32,000 nucleotides of DNA from assembly GCA_934101225.1 (NCBI GenBank), contig CAKOQK010000005.1:27323-59322 (forward strand), given 5' to 3'. The notes below the pieces were generated by a model that worked only from the letters and a program-made list of their open reading frames with translations, had not been told where the DNA came from and did not search any database. The stretch comes from an uncultured Bacilli bacterium. Lineage in GTDB: Bacteria > Bacillota_I > Bacilli_A > RF39 > UBA660. The translations under genes and the position numbers were made by a program. Position 1 is the stretch's first letter. The number at the start of each line of letters is the position of its first letter. This document shows, piece after piece, positions 8,651 through 18,618 of this stretch.

Positions 8651-10831
8651 ATGTTTTGGAGTAATTTATTTAAAAAGAAAAATAAAATATTTAATACAGA
8701 AATAGTTAATAATACATCTTCTAAAATACCTTCATTTGAAGAATTAACTACTAAAGAACAAGAATATGTTAGTAACTTAAAAGAAGAATATCTAAAATTT
8801 TATGAAAATGAAGATAATTATATTAACTTAGATAATGAACTATTTAATGAAATAAAAATGTATCAAGATTTAGCCCTAGATATTATGCATAAAGATCATT
8901 TAGGTAATATCGTTAACTCAATAATAGACAGTAAAAAACTAGCATATTATTCTCAAAAAATAACTGAAATAAATAACACTTTAAAATATAAATATATTGC
9001 CTTAAACGAATTAAGAAAAGATAAAAAATATTTAACTAAACATATGGGACTATATGTTTTAGGAAGAAGAAAAATAAACATATTAAAAGCTTTAGATCAT
9101 CAAATGAATATTATAAACAATATGTTTGTTATCGCCGACCAAAAAATAATTGATTACTGTACCTGTGCAATCGCAAACTATCCAAAAAATATAAACAAAA
9201 ATACAAAATATGTATTAGAAAACAGTTATAATAAAGTAGAGAAAGATTATAAAAAATTATTTAATTCATCAATTAATTTAGATGATAATCTAACAGCAAC
9301 CGACAAAGCAACGTATATAGAAATTATAATAGATAAGTTTATATATGAAAATAAAGATTTAATAGATAAATTAAAAGAACAACTAGATCAAATTGCAAAT
9401 AGTGAAATTAAAGATAAAACGATGCAGCAAGAAATAATAGATAATTTAATGAAAATCAAAATGTACTATAATATATTTAATAAATATAGTCGAAATAAAT
9501 TAACTCAAGAAGATTTCGAAGATCTATATCAAATAATATTTAATGTATATACGTATTTCCCATTTAATAATGGGTTTAAAAATTATTGCGAAATTGAAGC
9601 AAATAAACAAGAATTAAAACTATATAACAACTTCTTAAAATTAAAATTAGAAATGTTTTTCTTAAAAAAGTCAAAAATATTCGAAACAAATATTATAAAC
9701 GATAAAATATATGATCATCTTTTGGAAATCTTTAATTCGAATCAAGTAGATGACTGGCAAAAAACAGGCTTACCTAAAGATAATCTTATAAGTGATTCAT
9801 TTGATATTATAGAATTTGAAAATTTAGATTTACTTTTAACGTTAGATTACCCAAATGGATTTGATTTATATTTTAATGAACCACTTATGTTTGAATGGGA
9901 CAATCTTAATATTTATATTGACAAATATACCATTAGAAAAGAATTTTATAAATACATTTTAGGATCAGATACTTGCATAGAAGATAACATATCATGTGAT
10001 AGCAAAAAATTAAATAAAATAAATAATGATTGCAAATTATTTAGCTTACTGTATAAAGATAAAATAAATTTCAATATCCTACCATTTTTGTTAGAATCTT
10101 GCAGTATAGATAAGCTTGATTGGTACATTTACAAGAGTTGTGATATAAATAAAGATCGTCATATGCAATATCATCAATTATATCTACCAGATAAAACGAA
10201 AAAACTTTATATAGATTATTCAAAAATTAATGTTGGTTTAACAAAAATTTATCTTAATAATGGTTTAAATGAATTAATATTAGAATTGCCTCCATATGAC
10301 TCAAAATATAAAGTTGAAGATACGCAAATTATATTGTCAAAAGATTTAGATCCGTTAAATATTAAGATTAGTATGTCTAACGTATATAATGATTATTATC
10401 TTTATCAACTATATTATGTAATTTTTGAAATTTGTGAAGCTATAGTATTACCTTCAATAATATTCTTTTCCAATAATAATGAGCACAATAATAAAATAAT
10501 TTTTAATTATTTGTATCATTTACTTTATGAATTTTTTATGGTTATAAAAGAATTTAAAACAGGTGAAAATTCTGATTATTATACTATTTTTAGTGAAATG
10601 TTAAATAAACTAGCAACACCATATGAAAAAAATGACCATTTGCCTAGTATTGGCGATCATACATTATTAAATAATCCAGCATTAAACAACCAGAAAAATT
10701 TAAAATACGAAAATAATAATGATATTGAAGAAGCGTATAAACAAGCTATTAAAGATTATATAGAAAAAATTAATAGTGATAAAGATTATTTTAATTTTAA
10801 ATCAGATGAAGAATTTATTAAATTAAAATAG
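8651..10831 (+). CDS. large hypothetical protein, paralog 3 (726 aa)
   Basis: Long ORF whose 5' ~540 nt and ~33 nt of leader are apparently identical to paralog 2. The rest is divergent. Confidence 0.85.
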   Translation: MFWSNLFKKKNKIFNTEIVNNTSSKIPSFEELTTKEQEYVSNLKEEYLKFYENEDNYINLDNELFNEIKMYQDLALDIMHKDHLGNIVNSIIDSKKLAYYSQKITEINNTLKYKYIALNELRKDKKYLTKHMGLYVLGRRKINILKALDHQMNIINNMFVIADQKIIDYCTCAIANYPKNINKNTKYVLENSYNKVEKDYKKLFNSSINLDDNLTATDKATYIEIIIDKFIYENKDLIDKLKEQLDQIANSEIKDKTMQQEIIDNLMKIKMYYNIFNKYSRNKLTQEDFEDLYQIIFNVYTYFPFNNGFKNYCEIEANKQELKLYNNFLKLKLEMFFLKKSKIFETNIINDKIYDHLLEIFNSNQVDDWQKTGLPKDNLISDSFDIIEFENLDLLLTLDYPNGFDLYFNEPLMFEWDNLNIYIDKYTIRKEFYKYILGSDTCIEDNISCDSKKLNKINNDCKLFSLLYKDKINFNILPFLLESCSIDKLDWYIYKSCDINKDRHMQYHQLYLPDKTKKLYIDYSKINVGLTKIYLNNGLNELILELPPYDSKYKVEDTQIILSKDLDPLNIKISMSNVYNDYYLYQLYYVIFEICEAIVLPSIIFFSNNNEHNNKIIFNYLYHLLYEFFMVIKEFKTGENSDYYTIFSEMLNKLATPYEKNDHLPSIGDHTLLNNPALNNQKNLKYENNNDIEEAYKQAIKDYIEKINSDKDYFNFKSDEEFIKLK

Positions 10832-10852
10832 TTAAAGAAAAAAACTAGAAAA

Positions 10853-10974
10853 CAAGTAAAAAAGAGTAGTTAAACAATAACAAGATCATCTTAAAAAAAT
10901 CAAAAAATGTTAACCATGTGTAAATATTTTAAATAAAATATACCTAAATGTTAAATTTATTGATATAATTAAAA
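10853..10974 (+). repeat. repeated 3'-flank/intergenic segment (copy B)
   Basis: Matches 8431-8565 with a few substitutions or indels. Confidence 0.8.
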
Positions 10975-10982
10975 GAATTTGT

Positions 10983-11012
10983 TTGACAAACTCTTTTTTT
11001 ACTTGATATAAT
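10983..11012 (+). promoter_or_regulatory. rpoBC promoter (TTGACA - 18 - TGaTATAAT)
   Basis: Consensus -35 at 10983-10988 and consensus -10 at 11007-11012 with an extended TG. It is followed by a short CCGG/CCGG leader hairpin (11029-11043). The repeat just upstream supplies a second TGATATAAT (10961-10969). Confidence 0.55.
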
Positions 11013-11081
11013 TTAGATTGGAACTGTGCCGGTTTTTATCCGGTTATAGCAGAAAAAATATATTGTTTGGGGTGAAAATGA

Positions 11082-14000
11082 GTGGCGTACAAAAAAGCTA
11101 AATTTGGCGATCATGCCGAGAGAATTACATTCTCAAAAACATCTAATAATTACGAATTGGCAGATTTATTAGATATTCAAAAGAAATCATTTGATTGGTT
11201 TCTAACAGAAGGAATAAAAGAGGTATTTGAAGATTTATTCCCAGTAGAAAGTTTCACCGGAAATATTTCCCTAGAATTTGGAGATTATTCCTTTGATGAA
11301 CCTAGATACTCAATTAAAGAGTGCAAAGAAAGAATGCTTACATTCGCAGCACCTTTAAAAGTAGAAGCAAGAGTTTTCATTAATGAAACAGGTGAAGTAA
11401 AAGAACAAGAGGTTTTCTTAGGTGACATGCCTATGATGACTGAAGCTGGAACATTCATTATTAATGGTGTAGAAAGAGTTATTCAATCACAATTAGTAAG
11501 AAGTCCATCTATTTACTTTAAACGTGAAATTGATAAAAACGGTCGTCCAGTAGTTTCTGGAGAAGTTATTCCAAATAAAGGAACATGGCTAGAATTCGAG
11601 TTAGATGCAAGAGATGTTATCTACGTAAGAATTGATCGTACTAGAAAAGTTACAATCACAACACTTTTAAGAGCACTTGGATTATCAAGTGATGAAGCAA
11701 TCAAAGAAGTATTTGGTGAAGATAATTACTTTATCAATAATACATTAGAAAAAGATAGTACTAAAAATACTGATGAGGCTTTAATTGAAATTTATGAAAA
11801 ATTAAAACCAGGTGAACCAGCTACCCTTGATAGTGCTAAGAATCAATTAGTAGTAAGATTCTTCGATAAATTTAGATATGACCTAGCAAAAGTAGGACGT
11901 TATAAATTTAATCGTAAATTAAATGTACTAGACAGACTATTAGGTTGTACACTTGCTGAAAACTTAAAAAATGGTAAAGAAATAATCGCTAAAGAAGGCG
12001 AAGTAATTGATAAAAAACGTTTAGAAGAATTAAGACCATACTTTGCTGATGGATTAAACGTTAAAGAAGTTACAATAAATGAAGATTTAGATACATATAA
12101 CAAGATTCAAGAAGTTGTTGTATATGATAAGAAAGATCCTACTAAGAAAGTTAATATTATTGGAAATGATCAAACTATTGCTGAAAGAAGATTAACTATT
12201 TCTGATGTGTATGCAGCAGTAAGTTATTATTTAAATTTACTTGCAAATATTGGTAATATTGACGAAATAGATAACTTAGGAAATCGTCGCGTAAGACAAG
12301 TTGGAGAATTAGTTCAAACTCAATTTAAAGTTGGTATGGCTCGTATGGAAAGAGTTATTCGTGAAAGAATGACTACTCAGGAATTAGATACAGTTACACC
12401 AAAAACATTAATAAATATTAGACCAGTAACAGCTGCACTTAAAGAATTCTTTGGTTCATCTCAGTTATCAAAATTCATGGATCAAATTAACCCAATTGCT
12501 GAGTTAACAGATAAGAGACGTCTATCTTCTTTAGGACCAGGTGGTTTATCAAGAGACCGTGCTGGAATGGATGTACGTGACGTTAACGAATCACACTATG
12601 GCCGTATTTGTCCAATAGAATCACCAGAAGGTGCAAACATCGGACTTATTACATCACTAGCAAGTTATGCAAAAATTAATGAATATGGGTTTATTACAAC
12701 TCCATATCGTAAAGTAGAAAATAAACATATTTTAGATGAAGTAGTTTATTTAACAGCTGATGAAGAAGCAGATTATTACATAAGTCAATCAACAATCAAT
12801 ATTGATGAAAATAATAATATTGTTGATGAACAAGTAGTTGCCAGACTTAATGGTGAATCAGTTATGGTTAAATCAGATTTAGTTAACTATATTGATGTAT
12901 CACCATCACAAATCGTTTCAATTACAACAAGTTGTATTCCATTCTTAGATCACGATGATGCAAGACGTGCCCTAATGGGTTCAAACATGCAAAGACAAGC
13001 AGTACCTGTATTAAGACCAGAATCACCAATAGTTGGAACTGGTGTTGAATATGTTGCTGCTAGAGATTCAGGATCAACAATCGTTGCTAAAGCCGACGGT
13101 GTAGTAGAATACGCTGATGGTAAAAAAATTGTTATTAAAAACGCTAAAGGAAAAGATGAATATTATTTAGCATCATTCGAAAGAAGTAATGCTGAAAGTA
13201 ATATTTCTCATAACCCAATTGTTAAAAAGGGTGAAAAAGTTCATCGTGGTGAAGTTATCGCTGATGGACCAGCTACTCAAAATGGAGAACTTGCACTAGG
13301 TAGAAACATGGTAGTAGCGTTCATGACATGCAATGGTTATAACTATGAAGATGCCGTTGTATTAAATGAAAAATTAGTTAAAGATGATGTTTATACAACA
13401 TTACATATTGAACATTATGATACAGACTGTCGTGATACAAAATTAGGACCTGAAGAAATTACAAGAGATATTCCAAACGTTGGAGAAGATGCTCGTAAGA
13501 ATTTAGATGCTAATGGTATCGTAAAAATTGGTACTGAAGTACATGAAGGCGATATCCTAGTTGGTAAAGTTACTCCAAAAGGAATGCAAGAATTAACTAG
13601 TGAAGAAAAATTATTACATGCAATCTTTGGTGAAAAAACTAGAGAAGTAAGAGATACTTCACTTAGAGTTGCTCACGGTGCTGACGGAATTGTTCATGAC
13701 GTAAAAGTTTATACAAAAGAAAATTCCGATGAATTAGCTCCTGGAGTTTCAAAAATCGTTCGTGTTTATATAATTCAAAAACGTAAGATTCAAGTCGGAG
13801 ATAAAATGTCAGGACGTCACGGTAATAAAGGTGTTATTTCCCTAATTTTACCAGAAGAAGATATGCCATACTTACCAGATGGTACTCCAGTTGATATTGT
13901 TCTTAACCCACAAGGTGTTCCATCTCGTATGAACTTAGGACAAATCTTAGAGTTACACTTAGGAATGGCTGGTAAAAAATTAGGCGTTAAATATGCAACT

Positions 14001-14759
14001 CCAGTATTCGATGGTGCAACAGTTGATGAAATTAAAGAAGAAATGGCTAAAGCTGGTATGGACTTAGATGGTAAAACAGATCTATATAATGGACGTACTG
14101 GTGAAAAATTCGAAAACCGTGTTGCTGTAGGTGTTATGTACATGATCAAATTACATCACATGGTAGATGATAAAATTCATGCTCGTTCAACTGGGCCTTA
14201 CAGTTTAGTAACACAACAACCATTAGGTGGTAAAGCACAATTTGGTGGTCAAAGATTCGGAGAAATGGAAGTTTGGGCATTATATGCGTATGGTGCTGCT
14301 CATGTATTGCAAGAAATCATGACAATTAAATCAGATGATGTAGTTGGACGTGTTAAAGTATATGAAGCCTTAGTTAAAGGACAAACTCCAAAAGGTGCTG
14401 GAATGCCTGAATCATTCAGAGTATTAATTAAAGAATTCCAAGCATTAGGACTTAATGTTGAAATGATCGACCAAGATGGTGTTGCTCATGAATTAAAAGA
14501 ATTAGAAGCCGAAGAAGATGCTGCATCAGATGCAATTACTATTGATGAAATAGATGCAAAAACTGGTGATATAGTCCATAAAAAAGATGCACCACTTCCT
14601 GAAAACTTTAGAAGACCTGAAGTAAATGCAGATTTAAATGATAATCTAGAAGATGATTATTCAGATGATGATGAAGAAGATGAAGATTTCGATGACGAAG
14701 AACCTGATTTTGAAGAATTAGAAGACATCGAAAACGGAAATCTAGAAGTGGAGGAATAA
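11082..14759 (+). CDS. rpoB: DNA-directed RNA polymerase subunit beta
   Basis: Unmistakable conserved blocks: [61 protein letters not shown] start 8 nt after GGGGTGA. Acidic C-terminal extension. Confidence 0.97.
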   Translation: MAYKKAKFGDHAERITFSKTSNNYELADLLDIQKKSFDWFLTEGIKEVFEDLFPVESFTGNISLEFGDYSFDEPRYSIKECKERMLTFAAPLKVEARVFINETGEVKEQEVFLGDMPMMTEAGTFIINGVERVIQSQLVRSPSIYFKREIDKNGRPVVSGEVIPNKGTWLEFELDARDVIYVRIDRTRKVTITTLLRALGLSSDEAIKEVFGEDNYFINNTLEKDSTKNTDEALIEIYEKLKPGEPATLDSAKNQLVVRFFDKFRYDLAKVGRYKFNRKLNVLDRLLGCTLAENLKNGKEIIAKEGEVIDKKRLEELRPYFADGLNVKEVTINEDLDTYNKIQEVVVYDKKDPTKKVNIIGNDQTIAERRLTISDVYAAVSYYLNLLANIGNIDEIDNLGNRRVRQVGELVQTQFKVGMARMERVIRERMTTQELDTVTPKTLINIRPVTAALKEFFGSSQLSKFMDQINPIAELTDKRRLSSLGPGGLSRDRAGMDVRDVNESHYGRICPIESPEGANIGLITSLASYAKINEYGFITTPYRKVENKHILDEVVYLTADEEADYYISQSTINIDENNNIVDEQVVARLNGESVMVKSDLVNYIDVSPSQIVSITTSCIPFLDHDDARRALMGSNMQRQAVPVLRPESPIVGTGVEYVAARDSGSTIVAKADGVVEYADGKKIVIKNAKGKDEYYLASFERSNAESNISHNPIVKKGEKVHRGEVIADGPATQNGELALGRNMVVAFMTCNGYNYEDAVVLNEKLVKDDVYTTLHIEHYDTDCRDTKLGPEEITRDIPNVGEDARKNLDANGIVKIGTEVHEGDILVGKVTPKGMQELTSEEKLLHAIFGEKTREVRDTSLRVAHGADGIVHDVKVYTKENSDELAPGVSKIVRVYIIQKRKIQVGDKMSGRHGNKGVISLILPEEDMPYLPDGTPVDIVLNPQGVPSRMNLGQILELHLGMAGKKLGVKYATPVFDGATVDEIKEEMAKAGMDLDGKTDLYNGRTGEKFENRVAVGVMYMIKLHHMVDDKIHARSTGPYSLVTQQPLGGKAQFGGQRFGEMEVWALYAYGAAHVLQEIMTIKSDDVVGRVKVYEALVKGQTPKGAGMPESFRVLIKEFQALGLNVEMIDQDGVAHELKELEAEEDAASDAITIDEIDAKTGDIVHKKDAPLPENFRRPEVNADLNDNLEDDYSDDDEEDEDFDDEEPDFEELEDIENGNLEVEE

Positions 14760-14761
14760 AA

Positions 14762-17700
14762 ATGTTGGAAGTTAATAATATTAAAGGTATTCGTATTAGT
14801 ATTGCTAGCCCTGAAAAGATAAGAAGTTGGTCATTTGGTGAAGTTAAAAAACCAGAGACAATTAATTATCGTACATTAAAACCAGAAAGAGATGGATTAT
14901 TCTGTGAAAAAATCTTTGGACCTACAAAAGATTTTGAATGTTCATGTGGTAAATATAAAAGATTAAGATATAAAAACGTAGTTTGTGATAGATGTGGTGT
15001 AGAAGTTACTCGTTCTAAAGTACGTCGTGAACGTATGGGACACATAGAGCTTGCTGCACCTTGCTCTCACATCTGGTTCTTCAAAGGTGTTCCATCAAAA
15101 ATGGGATTAGTACTAGATATGTCTCCAAGAGAACTTGAAGAAGTATTATATTTCGTATCATACGTAGTAATTAATCCGGGAACAGCTCCACTAGAGAAAA
15201 AACAAACCCTATCAGATAAAGAATATCGTGCATATTATGAAAAATATGGTAATTCATTTGAAGTAGGTATGGGTGCTGAAGCAATCCAAAAATTATTAAA
15301 AGAAGTAGACGTCGATAAAGAAATTGAAAAATTACGTGCTGAATTAGATGGAGCAACTGGTCAAAAACGTATCCGTTTAGTTAAGAGATTAGACTGTTTA
15401 GTAGCGTTCCAAACATCAGGAAATAAACCTGAATGGATGGTATTAGACGTAATTCCTGTAATTCCACCGGATTTAAGACCAATGATTCAATTAGATGGTG
15501 GTAGATTTGCAACATCTGACTTAAACGATTTATATCGTCGTATCATTAATCGTAACAATCGTTTAAAGAAATTGTTAGAGCTTGGTGCTCCATCAATAAT
15601 TGTTCAAAATGAAAAACGTATGTTACAAGAAGCAGTAGATACATTATTTGATAACGGTAGACGTGGAAGAAGTGTAAGCGGTGCAGGTAATCGTGCATTA
15701 AAATCATTATCTTCTATGTTAAAAGGTAAACAAGGACGTTTCCGTCAAAACTTATTAGGTAAACGTGTTGATTACTCTGGTCGTTCAGTTATCGTAGTAG
15801 GACCAAATTTAAAAATGTATGAATGTGGTCTTCCAAAAGATATGGCTTTAGAACTATTTAAACCACATGTAATTAATGGTTTAGTAGAAAGAGGCCTAGC
15901 TCACAACATTAAAGGGGCAAAAAAATTAATAGATAATAAAGATGACTGTGTATGGGATGTAGTTGAAGATGTAATTACTGAACATCCAGTTATGCTTAAC
16001 CGTGCCCCAACATTACATAGACTTGGTATTCAAGCATTCGAACCAAAATTAGTTGGTGGTAAAGCTATTAGATTACACCCACTAGTATGTGCTGCATTTA
16101 ATGCCGATTTCGACGGCGACCAAATGGCAGTTCACGTACCAATTAGTGAAGAAGCTAAAGCAGAAGCAAGAATCTTAATGTTAGGTGCTAATAACATCTT
16201 AAAACCATCAGATGGTAAACCAATCGTTACTCCATCACAAGATATGGTATTAGGAAATTATTACATCACATTAGAATATGCTGGAGAACCAAACGAAGGT
16301 AAAGTTTATAAAAATTCAAATGAAGCATTAATGGCTTATGAAAGAAGAGAAATAACTTTACATACAAGAATCGCTCTTCCAGTTAAATCATTTAAATATA
16401 AAATATTTGCAGATGATGTTAAAGATAAATATTTAGTTACAACAGCTGGTAAATTATTATTTAACGAAATATTACCAGATACTTATCCATTTATTAATGA
16501 ACCAACTAAAGACAATATTGAAGGGTTAACACCAAACAAGTATTTCTTAGAAATGGGAACTAATATTCCTGAAGCAATTAAAGCTATGCCTTTAACACCA
16601 GCGTTTGCTAAAAAGACATTACAACAAATAATTGCTCAAATATTTAAACGTTATAAAACAACAGAAACATCTATGATGCTAGATAGATTAAAAGATTTAG
16701 GATTTAAATATTCTACAATTTCAGGTATCACATTCAGTATTATGGATATTATGACTAGTCAACATAAACAAGAATATATTGCTGCTGGTCAAGAAAAGGT
16801 TAATAAAATAAATAAACAATTCCAAAGAGGTTTAATTACTGATTTAGAAAGACATAATTCAGTATGTGCTGTATGGAATGAAGTAAGAAGTCAAGTAGAA
16901 GCAGAGTTAAAAGATATTGCTGCCACAAACCCAACAAATCCAATATTTATCATGATGTCATCTGGTGCTCGTGGTTCATTAAACCAATTTACCCAAATGG
17001 CAGGTATGCGTGGATTAATGGCTAAACCAAACGGTGATGCAGTAGAAATTCCAATTTTAACATCACTTTATGAAGGACACTCAGTTAACGAATTCTTCGT
17101 TAATACTCACGGTGCTCGTAAAGGATCTGCCGACACAGCTCTTAAGACAGCCGATTCAGGTTACTTAACAAGAAGACTTGTAGATGTTGGTCAAGATATA
17201 ATTATTAAAGAAGAAGATTGTGGTTGTACATCAGGCTTAATAGTATCAGACTTTATTAACGACAGTGATGGCTCAGTTATTGAATCAATGGCTGAAAGAA
17301 TCGTTGGTAGATATGCTGCTAAAAAGGTTATCAATCCCGAAACTAAAGAAGTTATTGTTGATAAAGGTGAAGCAATTACAGAAAGTATTGCAAGCAAGAT
17401 TGTTAAAGCAGGTATTACAAAAGTTGAAATCAGAAGCGTATTAACTTGTAAGAGTGAACACGGAATTTGTCAAAAATGTTATGGTTACAACCTAGCAACT
17501 GGTAACTTAGTTGAAACAGGTGAAGCTGTAGGTATTATGGCTGCTCAATCAATCGGTGAACCAGGTACACAGTTAACACTTCGTACATTCCATGCCGGTG
17601 GTGTAGCTTCAGAAGAAGATATCACTCAAGGTTTACCAAGAGTTGAAGAAGTATTCGAAGCACGTCGTCCAAAAGGAAAAGCAACAATTGCTGAAATTAC

Positions 17701-18484
17701 TGGTAAAGTTTCTAAAATAGAAGAATCTTCTGGGAAATGGAAAGTAACTGTTATGAACGATAATGAAGCTAGAGAACATACAACAAGTTATGGTGCTAAA
17801 CTAAGAGTAGAAGTAGGATCAGAAGTTAATGCTGGTGATAGATTAACTGAAGGTATTATTGCACCTAAAGAATTACTTGCAGTTACTGATCCAATTACAA
17901 CTCAAGAATATATCTTAAAAGAAATTCAAAAGGTATATAAATCACAAGGTGTTGATATTGCTGATAAACACGTTGAAGTTATTGCATCAAGAATGATTAA
18001 TAAGATTAGAATAACTGATGCTGGTGATACTGACATGGTAGCAGGTTTAACAGTTAGTATTAGAGAATTTGCTAAAAAGAATAAACCAATTATTCTTGAA
18101 GGTAAAGTTCCTGCTAAAGGTTATCCAATTATTTTAGGTATTACAAAATCAAGTTTAGAAACTGATTCATTCTTATCAGCTGCATCATTCCAAGAAACAA
18201 CAAGAGTATTAACAGATGCTGCTATTAAAGGAAAAGTTGATGAATTAAGAGGCTTAAAAGAAAATGTTATTTTAGGTAAATTAATTCCCGCTGGTACTGG
18301 TGCCAGACAATATGCTGATGTAGATATAACATTAGAAAAAGAGTTTTTATCAGATGAACCAAGTGAGGTATTAGAAGAAGAATTCTTAGATAATGAAGAA
18401 CAACCAAATATCGAAGTTAATGAAGTAGAAGAAAACGCTTCAGAAAATAACGAAGAAACTACTGAAACTAGCGATAATCAATAA
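14762..18484 (+). CDS. rpoC: DNA-directed RNA polymerase subunit beta'
   Basis: Zn-finger CxCGK...CxxCGVEV, catalytic [12 protein letters not shown], and the trigger-loop/bridge-helix blocks. The ATG lies 2 nt after the rpoB stop, with GGAGGA inside the rpoB 3' end. Confidence 0.97.
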   Translation: MLEVNNIKGIRISIASPEKIRSWSFGEVKKPETINYRTLKPERDGLFCEKIFGPTKDFECSCGKYKRLRYKNVVCDRCGVEVTRSKVRRERMGHIELAAPCSHIWFFKGVPSKMGLVLDMSPRELEEVLYFVSYVVINPGTAPLEKKQTLSDKEYRAYYEKYGNSFEVGMGAEAIQKLLKEVDVDKEIEKLRAELDGATGQKRIRLVKRLDCLVAFQTSGNKPEWMVLDVIPVIPPDLRPMIQLDGGRFATSDLNDLYRRIINRNNRLKKLLELGAPSIIVQNEKRMLQEAVDTLFDNGRRGRSVSGAGNRALKSLSSMLKGKQGRFRQNLLGKRVDYSGRSVIVVGPNLKMYECGLPKDMALELFKPHVINGLVERGLAHNIKGAKKLIDNKDDCVWDVVEDVITEHPVMLNRAPTLHRLGIQAFEPKLVGGKAIRLHPLVCAAFNADFDGDQMAVHVPISEEAKAEARILMLGANNILKPSDGKPIVTPSQDMVLGNYYITLEYAGEPNEGKVYKNSNEALMAYERREITLHTRIALPVKSFKYKIFADDVKDKYLVTTAGKLLFNEILPDTYPFINEPTKDNIEGLTPNKYFLEMGTNIPEAIKAMPLTPAFAKKTLQQIIAQIFKRYKTTETSMMLDRLKDLGFKYSTISGITFSIMDIMTSQHKQEYIAAGQEKVNKINKQFQRGLITDLERHNSVCAVWNEVRSQVEAELKDIAATNPTNPIFIMMSSGARGSLNQFTQMAGMRGLMAKPNGDAVEIPILTSLYEGHSVNEFFVNTHGARKGSADTALKTADSGYLTRRLVDVGQDIIIKEEDCGCTSGLIVSDFINDSDGSVIESMAERIVGRYAAKKVINPETKEVIVDKGEAITESIASKIVKAGITKVEIRSVLTCKSEHGICQKCYGYNLATGNLVETGEAVGIMAAQSIGEPGTQLTLRTFHAGGVASEEDITQGLPRVEEVFEARRPKGKATIAEITGKVSKIEESSGKWKVTVMNDNEAREHTTSYGAKLRVEVGSEVNAGDRLTEGIIAPKELLAVTDPITTQEYILKEIQKVYKSQGVDIADKHVEVIASRMINKIRITDAGDTDMVAGLTVSIREFAKKNKPIILEGKVPAKGYPIILGITKSSLETDSFLSAASFQETTRVLTDAAIKGKVDELRGLKENVILGKLIPAGTGARQYADVDITLEKEFLSDEPSEVLEEEFLDNEEQPNIEVNEVEENASENNEETTETSDNQ

Positions 18485-18493
18485 TATTAAAAG

Positions 18494-18520
18494 CTAAGAT
18501 AGAAATATCTTAGTTTTTTT
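18494..18520 (+). terminator. rho-independent terminator of rpoBC
   Basis: Perfect 8-bp stem CTAAGATA / TATCTTAG with a GAAA tetraloop, followed by TTTTTTT. Confidence 0.75.
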
Positions 18521-18538
18521 GTTGTTAAAATCAAGTCA

Positions 18539-18560
18539 TATGTTCGTGTTTTATGTTCGT
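18539..18560 (+). promoter_or_regulatory. 9-nt direct repeat TATGTTCGT x2 just upstream of the array promoter (possible regulator site)
   Basis: TATGTTCGT occurs at 18539-18547 and 18552-18560 (13-nt period), ending 6 nt before the -35. It stands out in AT-rich DNA. Confidence 0.25.
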
Positions 18561-18566
18561 ATTTTA

Positions 18567-18595
18567 TTGACATTTTTAAGCAAAAATGGTAGTAT
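18567..18595 (+). promoter_or_regulatory. promoter of the AAA+/VWA array (TTGACA - 17 - TGgTAGTAT)
   Basis: Consensus -35 at 18567-18572, 17-nt spacer, extended TG, -10 TAGTAT at 18590-18595. Its position argues against the tracked ATG at 18586 as the start codon. Confidence 0.5.
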
Positions 18596-18618
18596 ATAAC
18601 GCAAAAGAGGGGTATTGG

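Noticed and set aside
8431-10974. CRISPR array or IS element as an explanation for the repeated intergenic segments
   Set aside because: There are only two copies about 2.4 kb apart, each flanking a full-length gene. There are no short regularly spaced repeats, no terminal inverted repeats, and no transposase or cas genes.
13817-14149. Minus-strand ORFs inside rpoB/rpoC (11900-12103, 13817-14149, 15171-15356, 17191-17397)
   Set aside because: These are shadow ORFs antisense to unmistakable RNA polymerase genes.
18586-18618. Upstream ATG at 18586 as the start of A1, and ATG at 3855 as the start of paralog 1
   Set aside because: 18586 lies between the -35 and -10 of the predicted promoter and has no RBS, whereas the ATG at 18619 follows AAAGAGGGG. 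3855 lies in the conserved promoter box, whereas the ATG at 3888 follows GGAGA and matches the MFWS start of the other paralogs.
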